NCBI RefSeq assembly: GCF_006345805.1
Contig: NC_042998.1
Span: forward strand, 76,446,001 to 76,510,000
Source of the DNA: Octopus sinensis
Taxonomy: Eukaryota
Length of the DNA: 64,000 nt
Reading direction: 5' to 3'
Of this stretch, positions 23,860 to 37,034 are shown in pieces; the first letter of the stretch is position 1, and every line of letters begins with the position of its first letter. A program made the translations under genes and the position numbers. The notes under the pieces were generated by a model, which worked only from the letters and a program-made list of their open reading frames with translations, did no database searches and had not been told where the DNA came from.

Positions 23860-24730
23860 TTACACCAACACCCCACCCCCGCCCGTTGGCCGGCCTGGAG
23901 AATAAAATCTCTCCTAACCGTCCAGAAGCGGGAGCAGATCTCTTGGCCATTTCAACCAGGTTTCAGTAGCAACAATAACATCCAACCTAAGTGCCCTGAC
24001 GTTATTTAGGAAACGCCCTTCTTTCCAGCTCGACGTGAGGCCACGTACATTTAAACACCCTACGAGAACAGTCATAAAAGTACTTACCTTTTATTCGGTG
24101 TCTGGAGGCGGGGTGGGGGAATCCGCCTCCTCTTCTTTCTCCTGAGCTCGTGGAGTTGGATCGGCGAGGCCCTCATAGATTTTATGGATAATGTTCATTC
24201 TTAGAGAGCCTATATCTTTTCTAAAATTGTTCAAAAGAACGTTATAACTCGTTATGTTCGTTGTATAAATTTCATATTCTTCCTTAGGATTTTCCGTTTC
24301 CACCCTCTCTGTATGGATAGTTGCTAGGCGGTTCGCCAAGTCTCTATTCGAAACCCGAACCGCCATGTAGCTGGCTTCCGGGATCTACAGACTGGAATTC
24401 CCGAACGCTCCATGGTGGACATGGTCAAATAGCGACGGGTCTTCAAGGTCTTACATAGATAGGATTCTAATTAGAAAGTTTGATAAAGATACGGTTGTCA
24501 ACAGTTCCACCTGGCCAGTTACAGTGATCACAAGATGATCACGTGTAAGCTGCACCTAGATAAGTTAAGTAGTAAGGGTTCCGGCTACTGGAAACTCAAT
24601 AAATCCCTTTTGGCGATTGAGGAGTACAGGAGCCGGATTAAGTTATTGATACAGAGGGCGTTGACCGGTTCCATTATCAACAACAAATGCTGGTATGCCC
24701 TAAAAAGAGACATTAAATTTGAGTCTATTT
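23860..24730. mobile_element. Tx1-like fragment with inversion: 23860-24370 minus (ORF1 end, APE start) and 24378-24730 plus (APE end)
   Basis: Minus strand gives GCLNVRGL, ATET, GGVLV; plus strand gives WTWSNSDGSSRSYID, SDHK, GYWKLN. Confidence 0.8.
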
Positions 24731-24917
24731 TTTTTTTCTTTGCATGATTTTCATTCATCATTTCCTTCATCGACTCATTCATTCTCTCTTCAAGTTTCTC
24801 TATTTTGGAGTGAATCAATTTAAATGCTACGAAGTGTAAACTGGAAGTCATCCACTACTCATTTTTAGGAGCTTGTATCACTAAAACACCCCCCCCCTCA
24901 AACAACAACCACAATAT

Positions 24918-25120
24918 ATTTCTTTACTACCCACACGGGCCTAAACACAGAGGGGACAAAGAAGGACAGACAAAGGGATTAAGTCGATTACATCGACCCC
25001 AGTGCGTAACTGGTACTTAATTTATCGACCCCGAAAGGATGAAAGGCAAAGTCGACCTCGGCGGAATTTGAACTCGGAACGTAACGACAGACGAAATACG
25101 GCTACGCATTTCACCCGGCC
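24918..25120 (-). mobile_element. tRNA-derived SINE, family S1 (Deu/Nin-like central domain)
   Basis: Reverse complement of gagttcaaattccgccgaggtcgactttgcctttcatcctttcggggtcgataaattaagtaccag. Confidence 0.85.
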
Positions 25121-25261
25121 TTCCACAATAACTAAAGAACCTTACTTTCTTTTATCGAGTGTAAATCTGCTTTGTCAGTTTTCAATTTCTGGTTGGTAGT
25201 CGATAAAATAAGTGCTTCTAAGTTGTTAGAATTAATTTATATGTTAATTAAATTCTGTTAC

Positions 25262-25620
25262 TTCCTTCAGTTATTAGACTGCAGCCATGCTCTAACACTG
25301 CCTTGAGGAATTTTTGTCAAACTAATCGACCCTAGTTTGAAACCTGGTACTTATTCTCTTTGGCCGAATCTCTAAATTATGGGGACGTAAACACACCATC
25401 ACTGGTTCTCAATCGGTGGTGGGGGAACAATTACAGACACAAGCCCCCCCACACACATATACGACGGTCTTTTTTCAGTTACCGTCTACCAAATCCACTC
25501 GCAAGGCTTTAGTCGGTTTGGGGCTATAATAGAAGACACTTGGCTACGGTGCCATGCAGTGGGACTGAACCCACAACCATGTGGTTGAGCAGCAAGCTTC
25601 TTATCACATAGTCATGCCAT
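25262..25620 (-). mobile_element. SINE family S2, degenerate
   Basis: Homologous to 40580-40990. Confidence 0.8.
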
Positions 25621-27224
25621 TTATTTTTAGTTCCAGAATATTGTAAGGTTATATTGACTGTGAATGACAATATAATTGCTAATGTGTCTTACTCTGATAA
25701 CGCTGTGCTGATAGAATGCAAACTTAAGAGGCGCAGCTAAAAGTAATTTTCCCTGTAGTGGCGAACTAAACAGACTTCTGAGTGCCAATATAGCTTATAA
25801 AAATATTCTTAAAGAAAGCGTATATATTTCAGCGAAATATCTTGGTTAGTTGTAGATAGCCATTAGTAAATGAACAAATCAGCGATGGAGACATTTCTTG
25901 CAAATCATGCCCTTTTTTCTTACTAAGAGGACACATTAGTCTTAAATAAAATGCATGAATAAAAAGTGGAATGATTACGAATATTACCTTTTCCCGCCTT
26001 TCATCATAGATTTGATCGCTTAACAATAACAACTTCTACTAGTAGACGAAGATCAGTGCTTCCTGAAAAGTTCAGACACCCCAGGCCCATTTCTTATCTT
26101 TTTTGTCACCCGTGTTGTGTCCTCCACCTGGGCTCACACTAATCCCAGAACATTGACCATTTAGAATCTCCTACCTATTCAAGTATTGACTTGCAATAAT
26201 TTTAAGCGGAAGGGAGAGCACACAAGAAGAGACTACAATTCCAGGAGAAAATAACATTATTTTGAAGGGCGCACCTCTTTTCTTGAGGGAAGCACGTACC
26301 CCTCACCCCCTTGGGTCCGCCCCTGCTGTCTTAGTAGAAAGAATTATTAATACAGACCAGGAGGAGTGATAGCTAAAATCTATAACGTAAATTTGTACAA
26401 TTTTATTCGCTGATTTAATTTGACACGGTAGTAGTACTTTTTGAAATGAGAAGTTTTTTCTAAGGGGAACATTATTTATTTTTAAACTAAAATGTGTTGC
26501 AGAGAAAGTAATTATTCATAAAGTTACTACTTATCCATATATCTCACTTCCTTAAAAATATGCTAGAAATTGAATTTATCACTAAAAATATTGTAATTAA
26601 AAGTTGTAATTAGATTACATAATAGATTTTTAATAATATGACGGTATGATGTTATTACATTTGAATAATAGATATCTCTACTTTTACGTATTGATTTTAA
26701 TTTTTGTATTTATTAAGAAATGGAGACATTTCACTCTATCACAAAAATCACAGTTATATGATTTTCAACAATCTCTTAATCTTGTGAACCTCGTCTGATC
26801 AGATCCGAATTAATGCTGGGATCAAGATATTTTATAGATCTGATAATACAATTTCGGTTGTTGCTGCTTCATCATCTCAACTGTTTTAGTTTTCTGACTT
26901 TCGATTTCTTGTGACTGGGCTAGCAGATTTCGTCAGAACCATTCTAGTACTCTGTTGAGCTGCCACAATCTTTCGGATATTTTCTTGTGTGCTTCCCTGA
27001 TATAAATCTCCAGTAGGGGAAACGCCTAATACCTGACGTCTACTTAGTCTCTGAGAAATTTCTTTGTGCTTTTGATTTTGACGTGCCAAGAAGGTCGGTG
27101 TTTTTAAAAAAAATATTTCCATTTATAGTTTACTCTCCAATTCCAAGCCTCAAAAATAGCGTCATATTACACTGAATTACCAAAAAAAAAAAAAAAAAGT
27201 AAAAAGCCTCCTCCTCTTCCTCCT

Positions 27225-27705
27225 CCAGACAGTGAGCTTGCAGAATCGTTAGCACACCAGGCGAAATGCTTAACGATATTTCGACTGTCTTTACGTTCTG
27301 AGTTCAAATTCCGCCGAGGTCGACTTCGCCTTTCATCCTTTCGGGCTCGATAAATTAAGTACCAGTTACGCACTGGGGTCGATGTAATCAACTTAATCCG
27401 TTTGTCTGTCCTTGTTTGTCCTCTCTGTGTTTAGCCCCTTGTGGGTAGTAAAGAAATAGATATTTCGTCTGTCTTTATATTCTGAATTCAAATTCCGCCG
27501 AGGTCGACTTTGCCTTGTGACTAGAGTAGAAAAGAATCATTATCACGCTGGACGAAATGCTTAGTGGTATTTCGCCCGTCGCTACGCTCTGAGTTCAAAT
27601 TCCGCCGCAGTCGACTTTGCCTTTCATCCTTTCGGAGTAGATAAATTAAGTACCAGTGAAACATAAGAGTCCATATTTTCAGGCCTTGTGCCAATAGTAA
27701 AAATT
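27225..27705 (+). mobile_element. Tandem S1 SINE copies (three partial units)
   Basis: B-box gagttcaaattcc plus the S1 central domain recurs at ~27300, ~27484 and ~27590. Confidence 0.85.
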
Positions 27706-27768
27706 ATTATTATTATTTTATTATTATTATTATATTATTATATTATTATTATTATTATTATTATTATT

Positions 27769-28270
27769 GAGTGAGAGAGCAGTGCATGCTATCAAAGTGA
27801 CACTGGGATGAAATATACGAAGCCCAGTATACTCATCATGACTACTCGTCTGATAAGGGTACACTAGGCATATGCATCACAACCATATGTGCGCAACATG
27901 GTGATCTCGTATCAAGATAAACAGCACATGACCTTGCAGGTGGGGCCCAGTTAGAATGTTCTTCTGTTCGAGTAACCCATCCCGCTCAAAAGGTCCCTGA
28001 ATAAGAGTTGTTTAAGGATGTTGAACGAAACACCCATGTTTCCAGAGGTGAATTATTTAAACCCCAAAGAATCCCTCTCAACATATGGCTAGAATGCTCC
28101 TCAACTACGTCTACTCGTGATCAGAGATGCACATATCGTCAGCTACTAAGGGACACGCTCAACTGGTTACGGTCAAACAACTGACCAGCAAATCTGTGGT
28201 ATTGAGCATAATATTTGCTGTTGCCCATCTTTTATACCAAGACAAAACGATATACATGATAACGCTTCCA
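27769..28270 (-). mobile_element. ~500-bp interspersed repeat, family R500, inserted in (AAT)n
   Basis: Homologous to 43115-43569 and 58219-58676; all three share the same ctcactc/(aat)n end. Strand assignment is inferred from that fixed end. Confidence 0.85.
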
Positions 28271-28299
28271 TTATTATTATTATTATTATTATTTTTTTT

Positions 28300-29800
28300 C
28301 TTCTTCTTTCAAATTTGCTTCCATTTCTTGCCGAGTGTCTTCCCGACTCCTAGGGCAAAGAAACTCATAGTATACATTGGTAGGCCATTAAACCAAACTC
28401 AATAGTTCGTTCATTTTAAATTAAAATACATGAGCAGCAACAGTTCTTCTCAATACGTGTGATGTACCAGTTAAGACAATCTTATGCACTTCTTGCAGGG
28501 ATGGTAAGCCAGGGATCATTCTCATATAATTTTCGGTTCCCTTCTTGATCATTCCTAGTGCTCCTACGATCACTTGTATTGTAACCGCCTTGAGATGCCA
28601 CATTTTCTCAATTTCAATGAGTAGGTCTTTATATTTTCGAGCTTGTCAAACTCTTTCGCTGAGATATTATGATCACAGGGGATGCTCATGTCGATCAATA
28701 AGCAAACTTTATTGTTTTGGTCTTTCACAACAATATCTGGTTTATTGGCCTTGATATTTCTGTCTGTATGTACTGGAAGTCCCACAGAATGGTTACATTC
28801 ACCTTCAGTTACAGCCTCAGGGTGGTGATTATACCACTTGTCGGCAGTTTTGATATTGTAATGCCGACTTATTAGCCAGTGTAGATATTGGCCAACTCTA
28901 TCATGTCTTAATTATACTCCACTGGAGCTAAGACTTTACATCCAGAGATTTGGTGGTCCACTGTTTCAATCATGTCGTTGCAGAATCGGCATTTTGGGTC
29001 TGCTCCATTTTTCATCACATTGGCCTGGTAGTTCCGGGTTTTTAGCCCTGAGCTCCGTAGCCACTGATGGGTTTGCTTCTGGTCAACATCAGCTTGTTTC
29101 CTGCGGGTCACATATTTGCCGTGCAGAGGTTTCTCCTCCCACCTATCAGCCAATTGCTCGTGCGCTTTTTTCGTTGCCATTATTTCACCTTCTTTGCAAC
29201 AATAATTGCCGTACTTCCCTCGGGTTCTGTTTGGGTATCCTGCACGAGATCAATAGCAAATTTTTTGCTTTCCTTTATGATAGAATGAAGCTTCTTTCGT
29301 CTCTCGTGATTTTCCACGAGCTTTAGCATCCAGTCATTCGAATTTCGAGATATTTGGCCAGTCAATTGTGGTTGTTTTGTAAGCTAGTTCAAATTGGATC
29401 AGGCCTCGACCTCCTTGGCTCTGGGAAGGTAAAGGCGATCTACGTCTGCCTTTGGGTGGTGCATCATATTACAACTCAGCAGCTTGCGTATTTTCCTATC
29501 TATATTCTTTACTTCACTCATATTCCAGTTCAACACTTGTAGCTATAAGTAACACTGGAACTGCTAAGGAATTATAGCTAACACCTTGTTACGTGCATTT
29601 AGTTCAGATTTCAGGACTGCACGAACTCTCCTATAACATTCCTTCCTGATCTTCTCTTTCATGCTTGCATGCTGAATACCAGAGCCTTCATTTATCCCTA
29701 AATATTTGTATGTTTGTTCTTGCTCAAGCTCTCTTATGACTGTGTCAACATCTAACACGACTGAATTTGTGGTCTTCACTTTCCCTTTCTTCACTTTCCC
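28300..29800 (-). mobile_element. 5'-truncated R4/Dong-clade LINE (RT end, CCHC, restriction-like endonuclease) in (AAT)n
   Basis: YKYLGI, CRFCNDMIETVDHQISGC, RHD, KPDIVV..LLIDMSIPCD, VIVGALG, VLTGTSHVLRR; both flanks (AAT)n, the known Dong target. Confidence 0.88.
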
Positions 29801-29889
29801 TTATTATTATTATTATTATTATATTATTATTATTATTATATTATTATTATTATTATTATTATTATTATCATTATTATTATTATTATTAT

Positions 29890-30047
29890 CAAGGCAACGA
29901 GCTGTCAGAATCTTTAGCACACTGGACAAAATGCTTAGCGGTATCGCCGAAGTCGACTTTCCTGTCATCCTTTCGGGGGTCCCAACCCCCAAAATTTCAG
30001 ACCTTGTGCCTATTGTAGAAAGGATATTATTATTATTATTATTATTA

Positions 30048-30085
<38 letters not shown>

Positions 30086-30218
30086 CAAGGCAACGAGCTG
30101 TCAGAATCTTTAGCACACTGACAAAATGCTTAGCGGTATCGCCGAAGTCGACTTTCCTTTCATCCTTTCGGGGGTCCCAACCCCCAAAATTTCAGACCTT
30201 GTGCCTATTGTAGAAAGG

Positions 30219-30222
<4 letters not shown>
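29890..30222 (+). mobile_element. Two near-identical, internally deleted S1 SINE copies separated by (ATT)n
   Basis: 29890-30025 and 30085-30222 share the same deletions. Confidence 0.85.
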
Positions 30223-30274
<52 letters not shown>

Positions 30275-30627
30275 GAAAATATCGGACATCAGTAGAGTTG
30301 GTTATGTAGTTGTGTGTGGAATTTTGAGTATGTGAAGAAATAAGAGATTTTTTTTGTGAAAAGACTTTGTTTCGTGTTATTATTTCCGGCTTCGTTAATG
30401 CTTTTCTCGTAATGACTGCCAGTGACATTACAATTGTTTATCGTATTAGAAATATAGGTATTGGTAGAAATCTGGTTAGTAAAAGTCTTGTTATTTGGTC
30501 CATAGTTGTTAAATTTTTTTTCTTTCTTACGGAGAAGTTATCTTTACAAATATACTTCATAGAGTTATTGTATTGTGTAGTGTATTTTGAATTATTATTG
30601 TGGAATATAATAAAGTATGGTTTAATG

Positions 30628-32930
30628 CAGGCTTACCCAGAATGGGGGTTGCGTGGAAATTCAGTGGGGTTGCAACTGCAATTGAGAAATTTCTTTTATA
30701 CTTTAGATTTTAGCTGTAGTATAATTTCTGTTATTATTTAAAATATTTTTCCATAATAAATAAATAAATACATACAACTTTGCGATAGTACATTTAAAGA
30801 CAAACAAAAGCATCAAATTTCATAAAAACCGAGTCAAAAAATTCCCTCATATTGAAATAATGACTCACGTCTTCGGTTTTTGTTTTAATTCCACGTGATT
30901 GTGGAACAGTCTCAGCTTCTCCTTACCTCTGAAGGATTTCCAATAGCGGAATAGTGCCATTTGTTTTTACTACACTAATTACTTTCTTGATGTATAAGGC
31001 AAGTTATTTTAATTTGAAGTTTATTTCAAGTTTTTGGAACATGGGCTCAGATGAAATTGTAGGTTGGTATAAAACATATCGCCGCTTAGAGAGACATCCT
31101 TCCAGAATAGAAAATCTTGGACGTGACGTGAAGCTCAACTGAGCAACATTTATGGAAAAGAGATGGGAAGACTCGTTATCATGCTTTTTCGTGATAGGAG
31201 TGAACAAACCCACTTGTTTTGAAATGGAATTAAATAAAAAAATATTTAATTTGATTAAAATATTTTATCCAGAAATTGGTAAGTAATTCCTATTAAAAAT
31301 TATTAGAATTTAGCCAAATTATTTTGGATCAGATAATGTATCAAATTATTCTAAATAAATTGTTTTATAATAAAATGAATCGATGACGTAACATATCTTA
31401 CTGAATTTTAGTTACATCTGGGTGTGAAATTTTATTCACGCATCATAAAGTTTGTAAATACCTAAGTTAAAAAAAAATCAACAAACATGATTTTTATTCA
31501 CGAAAGTTATACAAAACCATAAGTTACTGTTAATCAAACTAATTGGAACATATTTTGTTTTAAATTTAGCTTGTATCAATTAACTTATTTATGCAATAAA
31601 CATTCATAAAAATGCTTATTTAAAAAAAAACGAGAAAAGATAACTGCTTTACTAACCACACGAAACTAAATATGATGGCTTCGAATTGTGATGACCCCAA
31701 ATCAGTTCTGCTAAGCGAAAACTCCATCGTGGACTGCTCAAAGATTCTCACAATTTTCCTTTTTTAATTATATGACGGACACAATACCTTGCCCATAGAT
31801 ACGTGGTTCAGCTTATCAACGTATAAAACCATGGAAAGTAAAGTTGATATAAGTGAAGCGCCATAAACTTTAAGCAGTACCATGATTTTGAAAGTAAGTG
31901 ACTCTTTGACTTCGATGTAATTTTCTGCCAAAAAAGAAAAAATATAATGAATCTTATTTGAAAGACAGGTATACTTTTACTTTGAAAATAAAGAAGAAAT
32001 GCATGTCTACTTAATTTGGAACGAGTGTGTAGTGAGTGAAGGTATGAAGCCCACAAAAGCAGATATTTTGATTCAAGACATTCTTTGTATTACAGCTAAT
32101 CAACAGAAGTTCTTGAAAAGCTAAGGAAACTTTCAGTAAATAGAAGCAATCTCTTGAAAATGATAGTCACACTACAGATATAGAGAAATATTTGAAGTAT
32201 CTTTTGAAAGTGCTTATTTAATTGCCATACCTACAAACCACACATCATCGGTGAAGTATTTGTGTTACCAGCAACGCTTAAAATTACAGAAATTGTTCAT
32301 GGAAAAATATGAGCAAAGTGGTTACGAAGACTTGCTCCCCTGTCGGATCGACGGACTATAGGTGGAATTATTTTTCAAAAAGTGAACGAGTTTTTCTGAG
32401 AAGTTGGCCTGGAATGTGATAACAGCGTTAGAGTATGGTGCGGTAGTTATGACGAAGAGAAAAATTAGCTTTCAGATTAAAGTCATATCTAAAAGCAAAA
32501 CTCCCTTGGCTTTCATTCATTTTATGATTCTCAGTTAGATACTTGTATAGAAGAACACTTCTGCAGATCTGAATAAAGTATTTCAAGATGCAGTTAAAAT
32601 TATTTGCTTTATTAAAAGTTGTGCACTCGCTATAATGAAAAGGAATCCAATTTCAGCAAACTTTTATTGAGAACAGATGTGTAACGGCTCTCAAATGGGT
32701 TAACTTTGAAACGGCTCGGAAGATAGAGAAAATGAAGTCATAATATTTCCCTCGGGATAAAATTCAGATTTGGCTAATTTGTGTTACAAAGGAGATAGAT
32801 TATATAAATTACGATACTTGCTGGATGCTTTTAGGAAACGTAATGAACTTGATATGTATCTGCAAGGAGAGAAAGACCATTTCCTACTTGAATCTAATAT
32901 TTAAGCTTTCATAAAAATTAAAAACTTCAA
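30628..32930 (+). mobile_element. Degenerate hAT transposon (Charlie/Buster type)
   Basis: Left end caggcttacccagaatgggggttgcg preceded by gtttaatg (nnnTAnnn Buster target); transposase remnants SAYLIA..PHIIGEVFVLPA, DAVKIICFIKS, LLLRTDV*RLS, YLLDAFRKRNELDMYLQG at 32150-32870. The left boundary is tentative. Confidence 0.65.
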
Positions 32931-32954
32931 TTTTTACACTTTTTCACTTTTACC

Positions 32955-34660
32955 AATTTCAGCTCGAGAGGTGCGGTCATGCAGGAGCACAGCCGTTAGC
33001 TTTGCTACATTTGCATTTTCACTATTTGAAACCTCCTCTCATATGTGGCATTTAGTGAATGAGGGAGTTTGATATTGCTGCCCTCATCTGCGTTTCCTGC
33101 CGCGAAGTAGGTTTATCTGGAGATCTTGACAGGAGATCCAGTTTTGCTTTGAAGATACCCATATCCACTCTATGTAAGTCTCTCAGATAATTTGGAAGGA
33201 TAATGAAGAGCTGTGGGCCCTTGAAACCCAAGTTGTTAGAGTATCTGGTCCTGTATCTTGATAGCGATGTCGAGTTCACGACGCAGTGGCGCCCCGTTCT
33301 GCTGTCTATGTAACTTTCAATACCTATGTTTGGTACAAGTCTTTCTAAGATTTTTTCAGATGTCCATCACTGCATATCACTCCCGCCGTGGTGCTAGGGA
33401 GTAGAGTCATGATTTTTTCCAGCCTCTTCTTGTAGCTGACATATCGCATTGAGACGATCTTTTTAGGGTAGCTTCGCTGGCTTGCTTCGAGTTCCACCAC
33501 TAATTTTACACTATGAGGTGACCATAGTTGGGGGTAATAGTCTAAATGGCTGAGGACAAATCTCCCTCAAAGGACCAGCAAGGTTTTTTGTTTTCTCGTT
33601 CTGAAAGTTCCGAGGAACCATCCGGCTAGCTGCTTGCGTTTTTTTATTGCCAACTCAGTAACATGCAGTTGGAAAAATACATCATTACTCATGTTAACGC
33701 CAAGGTCGCGCACTGATTTTGATTCAGAGATTACAATTCATCGTGAGCCAGTGTATCCTGTCTGCTTTTCATTGAGTTTCGTGTGTTGGTAGTGCAGCGC
33801 TTGGAATTTTCCTGCATTAAAATGTATGTTATTTTCCTCAGCGCACCTGTATATTGTGTCCAACTCCTGTTGCTGGTGTGCAACATCTCCAGGGTTCTGT
33901 ATCTTCTAAAAGACTTTTGCATCATCTGCATAGTATGTGCCACTGTCTGAGTAGCTGAGGGTATGTCTGAGAGGGCAGCTATGTATAGCAGTGGCTCCAA
34001 GATAGTGCCCTGTAGGACACCGCTCATCATTTGCATTTCCTTGCAACCACTACCTGATTTCTTTTTTTAGAAAATCAAATAACCACTCAGCAAGTTTTCC
34101 AACAATGCCGAGATTACGCAGCCTGTGACATATACCATAATCGACTTTATCTTAGAAAGAAGCTGCAGTGGTTTTGCAAGGGCTCGTTTCTGTAATTTGA
34201 GGACTGCTGGGACTCTACAAGGGCAAACAGCTGAGTTTGCGTTTACATCCTCTTCTTTGAAGTTGATGTAATCAATTGTTACTGTCTCCTTTTTACACCT
34301 GTAGTGATAAAGAATTCCGCAAATTTGCTGAGTTTCATGTGCCACAAGGGTGAGAGGAAAATACTCTTGAATTGTTCATTCAGTGGTTCACTCTTCCTCA
34401 TTTGTTTCTCATGAGGGAATCATCTTTCTGGAGCTGTGGTCCTATTTTGCAATGAATGGAAGCAGTTACTTTGGCATAAAAGCTTAAATATTTCCTTTCA
34501 GGTAGGGAATTTTGGTTCTGTTTCTGAGTTGTAACAACCCTCTTAAGTTTGGTAAAAACATCTGAGCTGAGACCACTCAAGATCCATTGGCTGTAGTGCT
34601 TTTGTATGTTAGTGAGGACGGCTCTAACTCTGAAATTGATGTATTCGGGTCGATTGCTGT
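32955..34660 (-). mobile_element. Old, multiply deleted CR1-group LINE (family of element D)
   Basis: LGFKGPQLF, PTSRQETQMRAA, SGVLQGTILEPLL and a matching 3' UTR. Confidence 0.85.
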
Positions 34661-34799
34661 ACAATCTTTTATGCTGATTTCGAATTTGATATTTTAAAAT
34701 CCAACAGCTACTACTAATTCTTATTTGAAATCTTGGAAAAAAAACCTACCTAATTATTTTTGTAAAAAGAGGACTAACTATGCTTTTTTGCGTTAAGTG

Positions 34800-35341
34800 C
34801 ATGAAGCTCGTTTCATCTACAGGGAAGGTAATGGTCTCAGTTTTTTTGGATGCTAAAAACATTTTGTTTATTGAATATCATCAAAAAGGTCCTATCATCA
34901 ATGGAGAAGACTGTGCCAACTTCCTGGGTCAGTTACGAAAGGCTACCAAGAGCAAACACACAGGAAAGCTGACAAAAGGTGTTTTGCTTCATAGGGACGA
35001 TGCTCCAACACATAGGTATTTGGTTTCAATGGCTACTGTGCGAGATTGTGGCTTTGAATTTGTTTCATCAGCCTCCCTATTCTCCTGATTTGGCTCCATC
35101 TGAATATTATCTGTTCCTCAGCATGAATGGGAACCGGAATCGTAGTGATGATGACGTCATGCCTGCTGTTTATCATCTTTTTTCACCAACAGGATGAAAA
35201 CCAATGAGATCCAAACACTACAACACCGGTGGAAGAAGTGTTTGGACTGCAAGGGGGACTATGTTGAAAAATAAACTTATTTTGCTCAAATTCCATGAGA
35301 GTATCTTGATCAGGCTATGAACATTTCAGCCGACCCTCGTA
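34800..35341 (+). mobile_element. Mariner transposon 3' fragment
   Basis: GKVMVSVFLDA, LLHRDDAPTH, PYSPDLAPSEYYLF; right TIR ..gccgaccctcg followed by TA. Confidence 0.85.
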
Positions 35342-35399
35342 CACCTTGCCTTTGGTGATAAAAATGGTTTGTAGATTGCAAAAATGTCGGCAATATTTG

Positions 35400-35660
35400 C
35401 AATCAAAGCAAATATGTTGATGAAATCAATGACATTTTCTGCATGGAGAGGAACATGAATATTATAACTTGGACACTTTCACAGACAATGATGAACACAC
35501 TGCTTTTGTTCTCCCCAGACTTTCTAAAAAACCTAACTATCGGTGGGCTGCCATCTCATAAACAATGCCTTAAAATTGGGTGCATTGTCATTGTCTTTCG
35601 GAATCTAAATATCAAAATGATCTCACAAATGATGACCGAGTGACATATTTCTCAATAACG
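35400..35660 (+). mobile_element. Helitron PIF1-helicase fragment
   Basis: FSPDFLKNLTIGGLPSHKQCLKIGCIVIVFRNLN matches the PIF1 EFLNSL..GLPPHKL.LKVG.PIMLLRNLN motif. Confidence 0.7.
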
Positions 35661-35669
35661 TTGATGATA

Positions 35670-36960
35670 TACCGGTTAAAATGCTTGGGGTTTGGTTTGG
35701 TGCAGATATCCAAATGGAAAATAAGTGATAAGCAAGGTGATTAATCTAATCCCAAAATGGGCTGAGGAGAAACACTCTCCTAAGGGTCGGGCGGAGGAGG
35801 CAAATGCCTATATCGCATTCGTCATTAACCACCATCTGACCCACGTGCCTAGCCTCGTCTTCATGGTTGACCAGAATGAAGCACTTGCTCTTTCTCTTTT
35901 TTGGGAGGAATCGTGTTCCACTGGTCAGGCTATATATTTGCTGCCAGATATGCCATTGCTAATGATGTGCAGACTTGCAGTGAGGTTTCGATATATCTAG
36001 CGTTTCCTTGTCAGTGAGCGGGTATGGTCGTAGTTTGCCAAATGCGGTTTTCCACAGCTCGTCTCTTTGACAGAGCTGTAGCTCTAGATCAAGTGTAGAC
36101 CTAGACAAAATGCCTGGCCCCTTGAGTGCCGCCAGACGATCTGCCTTTCGAAAAATGCAGTCGGTCGATATTCCACCATGACGTTCTGTAGCGGATTAAT
36201 AGTGGGTAAGAGTGACACATCCTCGGGTAAGGCCTGGGTGCCAATGAAAATCAACTGACGGGTCTTCACTAAAGGGCTTTCGGGTAGAGGTCCAAGAATA
36301 ATCGACCAGAAATACCTGGCCTTACTGTGTTATCGAGGACCGGAATGGGAATTGGGGTCCGGGATTGTTAGACAGGCTTGGTAGTGCTGGGAGTCGCGCC
36401 TGCCCAATATGCGCACAACATGTCGAAACCGTTTTCCATGCTGTAGTACAATGCTTGAGCATTACTGACTTGTGGCTTTACGCCGAACACCTGCTATCAC
36501 ATGCATTGCGTATCCGGCTATAAGCCGTATGCATCGTGAAGATTACACTGTTGTCTATGACTGGTAGTTTTCCTTGTCTGGTAGCTATGGCGAAAGAAGT
36601 TGTGTGCTGGACGAGATTGAAAAGAATGAAAACACATTTTTGGTCAAGACCTCATCAACCTTTTCAGATTGTATTTGGAAAGGATGGTTGAGATGAAGGA
36701 TAGGTGCTGCCTCCTCCGCTGTAGAACTGTAAAAAGGTGAGCGAACGTAGAGAGTATAGTGGGTGAATGTTGCGAGGACCTACTCTAACAATGCGTCTGT
36801 AGGCTAGAAAATATTGAAGAGAGAGGAGCCCTAGCGATAGCACTTTTTCAGATCAGGGCCATTCGATCTGTGAGATATTTTCATCATTTTGAGTAGTGTT
36901 TCCCCCATTGGAGAATTTTATCAAAGTTTTCTTGTTAATTGTTATTATTTTAATTGCTTG
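35670..36960 (+). mobile_element. Degenerate Tx1-like LINE 3' fragment
   Basis: KGRAEEANAYIA and MPLLMMCR; colinear with 15620-16810. Confidence 0.8.
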
Positions 36961-36968
36961 CGCGAAAC

Positions 36969-37032
<64 letters not shown>

Positions 37033-37034
37033 GA

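Noticed and set aside
26200-26326. DNA transposon end ..gggtccgcccctg
   Set aside because: No matching opposite TIR found.
26886-27122. 78-aa minus ORF as a host exon
   Set aside because: No recognisable motif, stops follow in frame, and no clear splice sites.
30954-31285. Exon-like stretch ending in gtaagt
   Set aside because: In-frame stops and it probably lies inside the hAT remnant.
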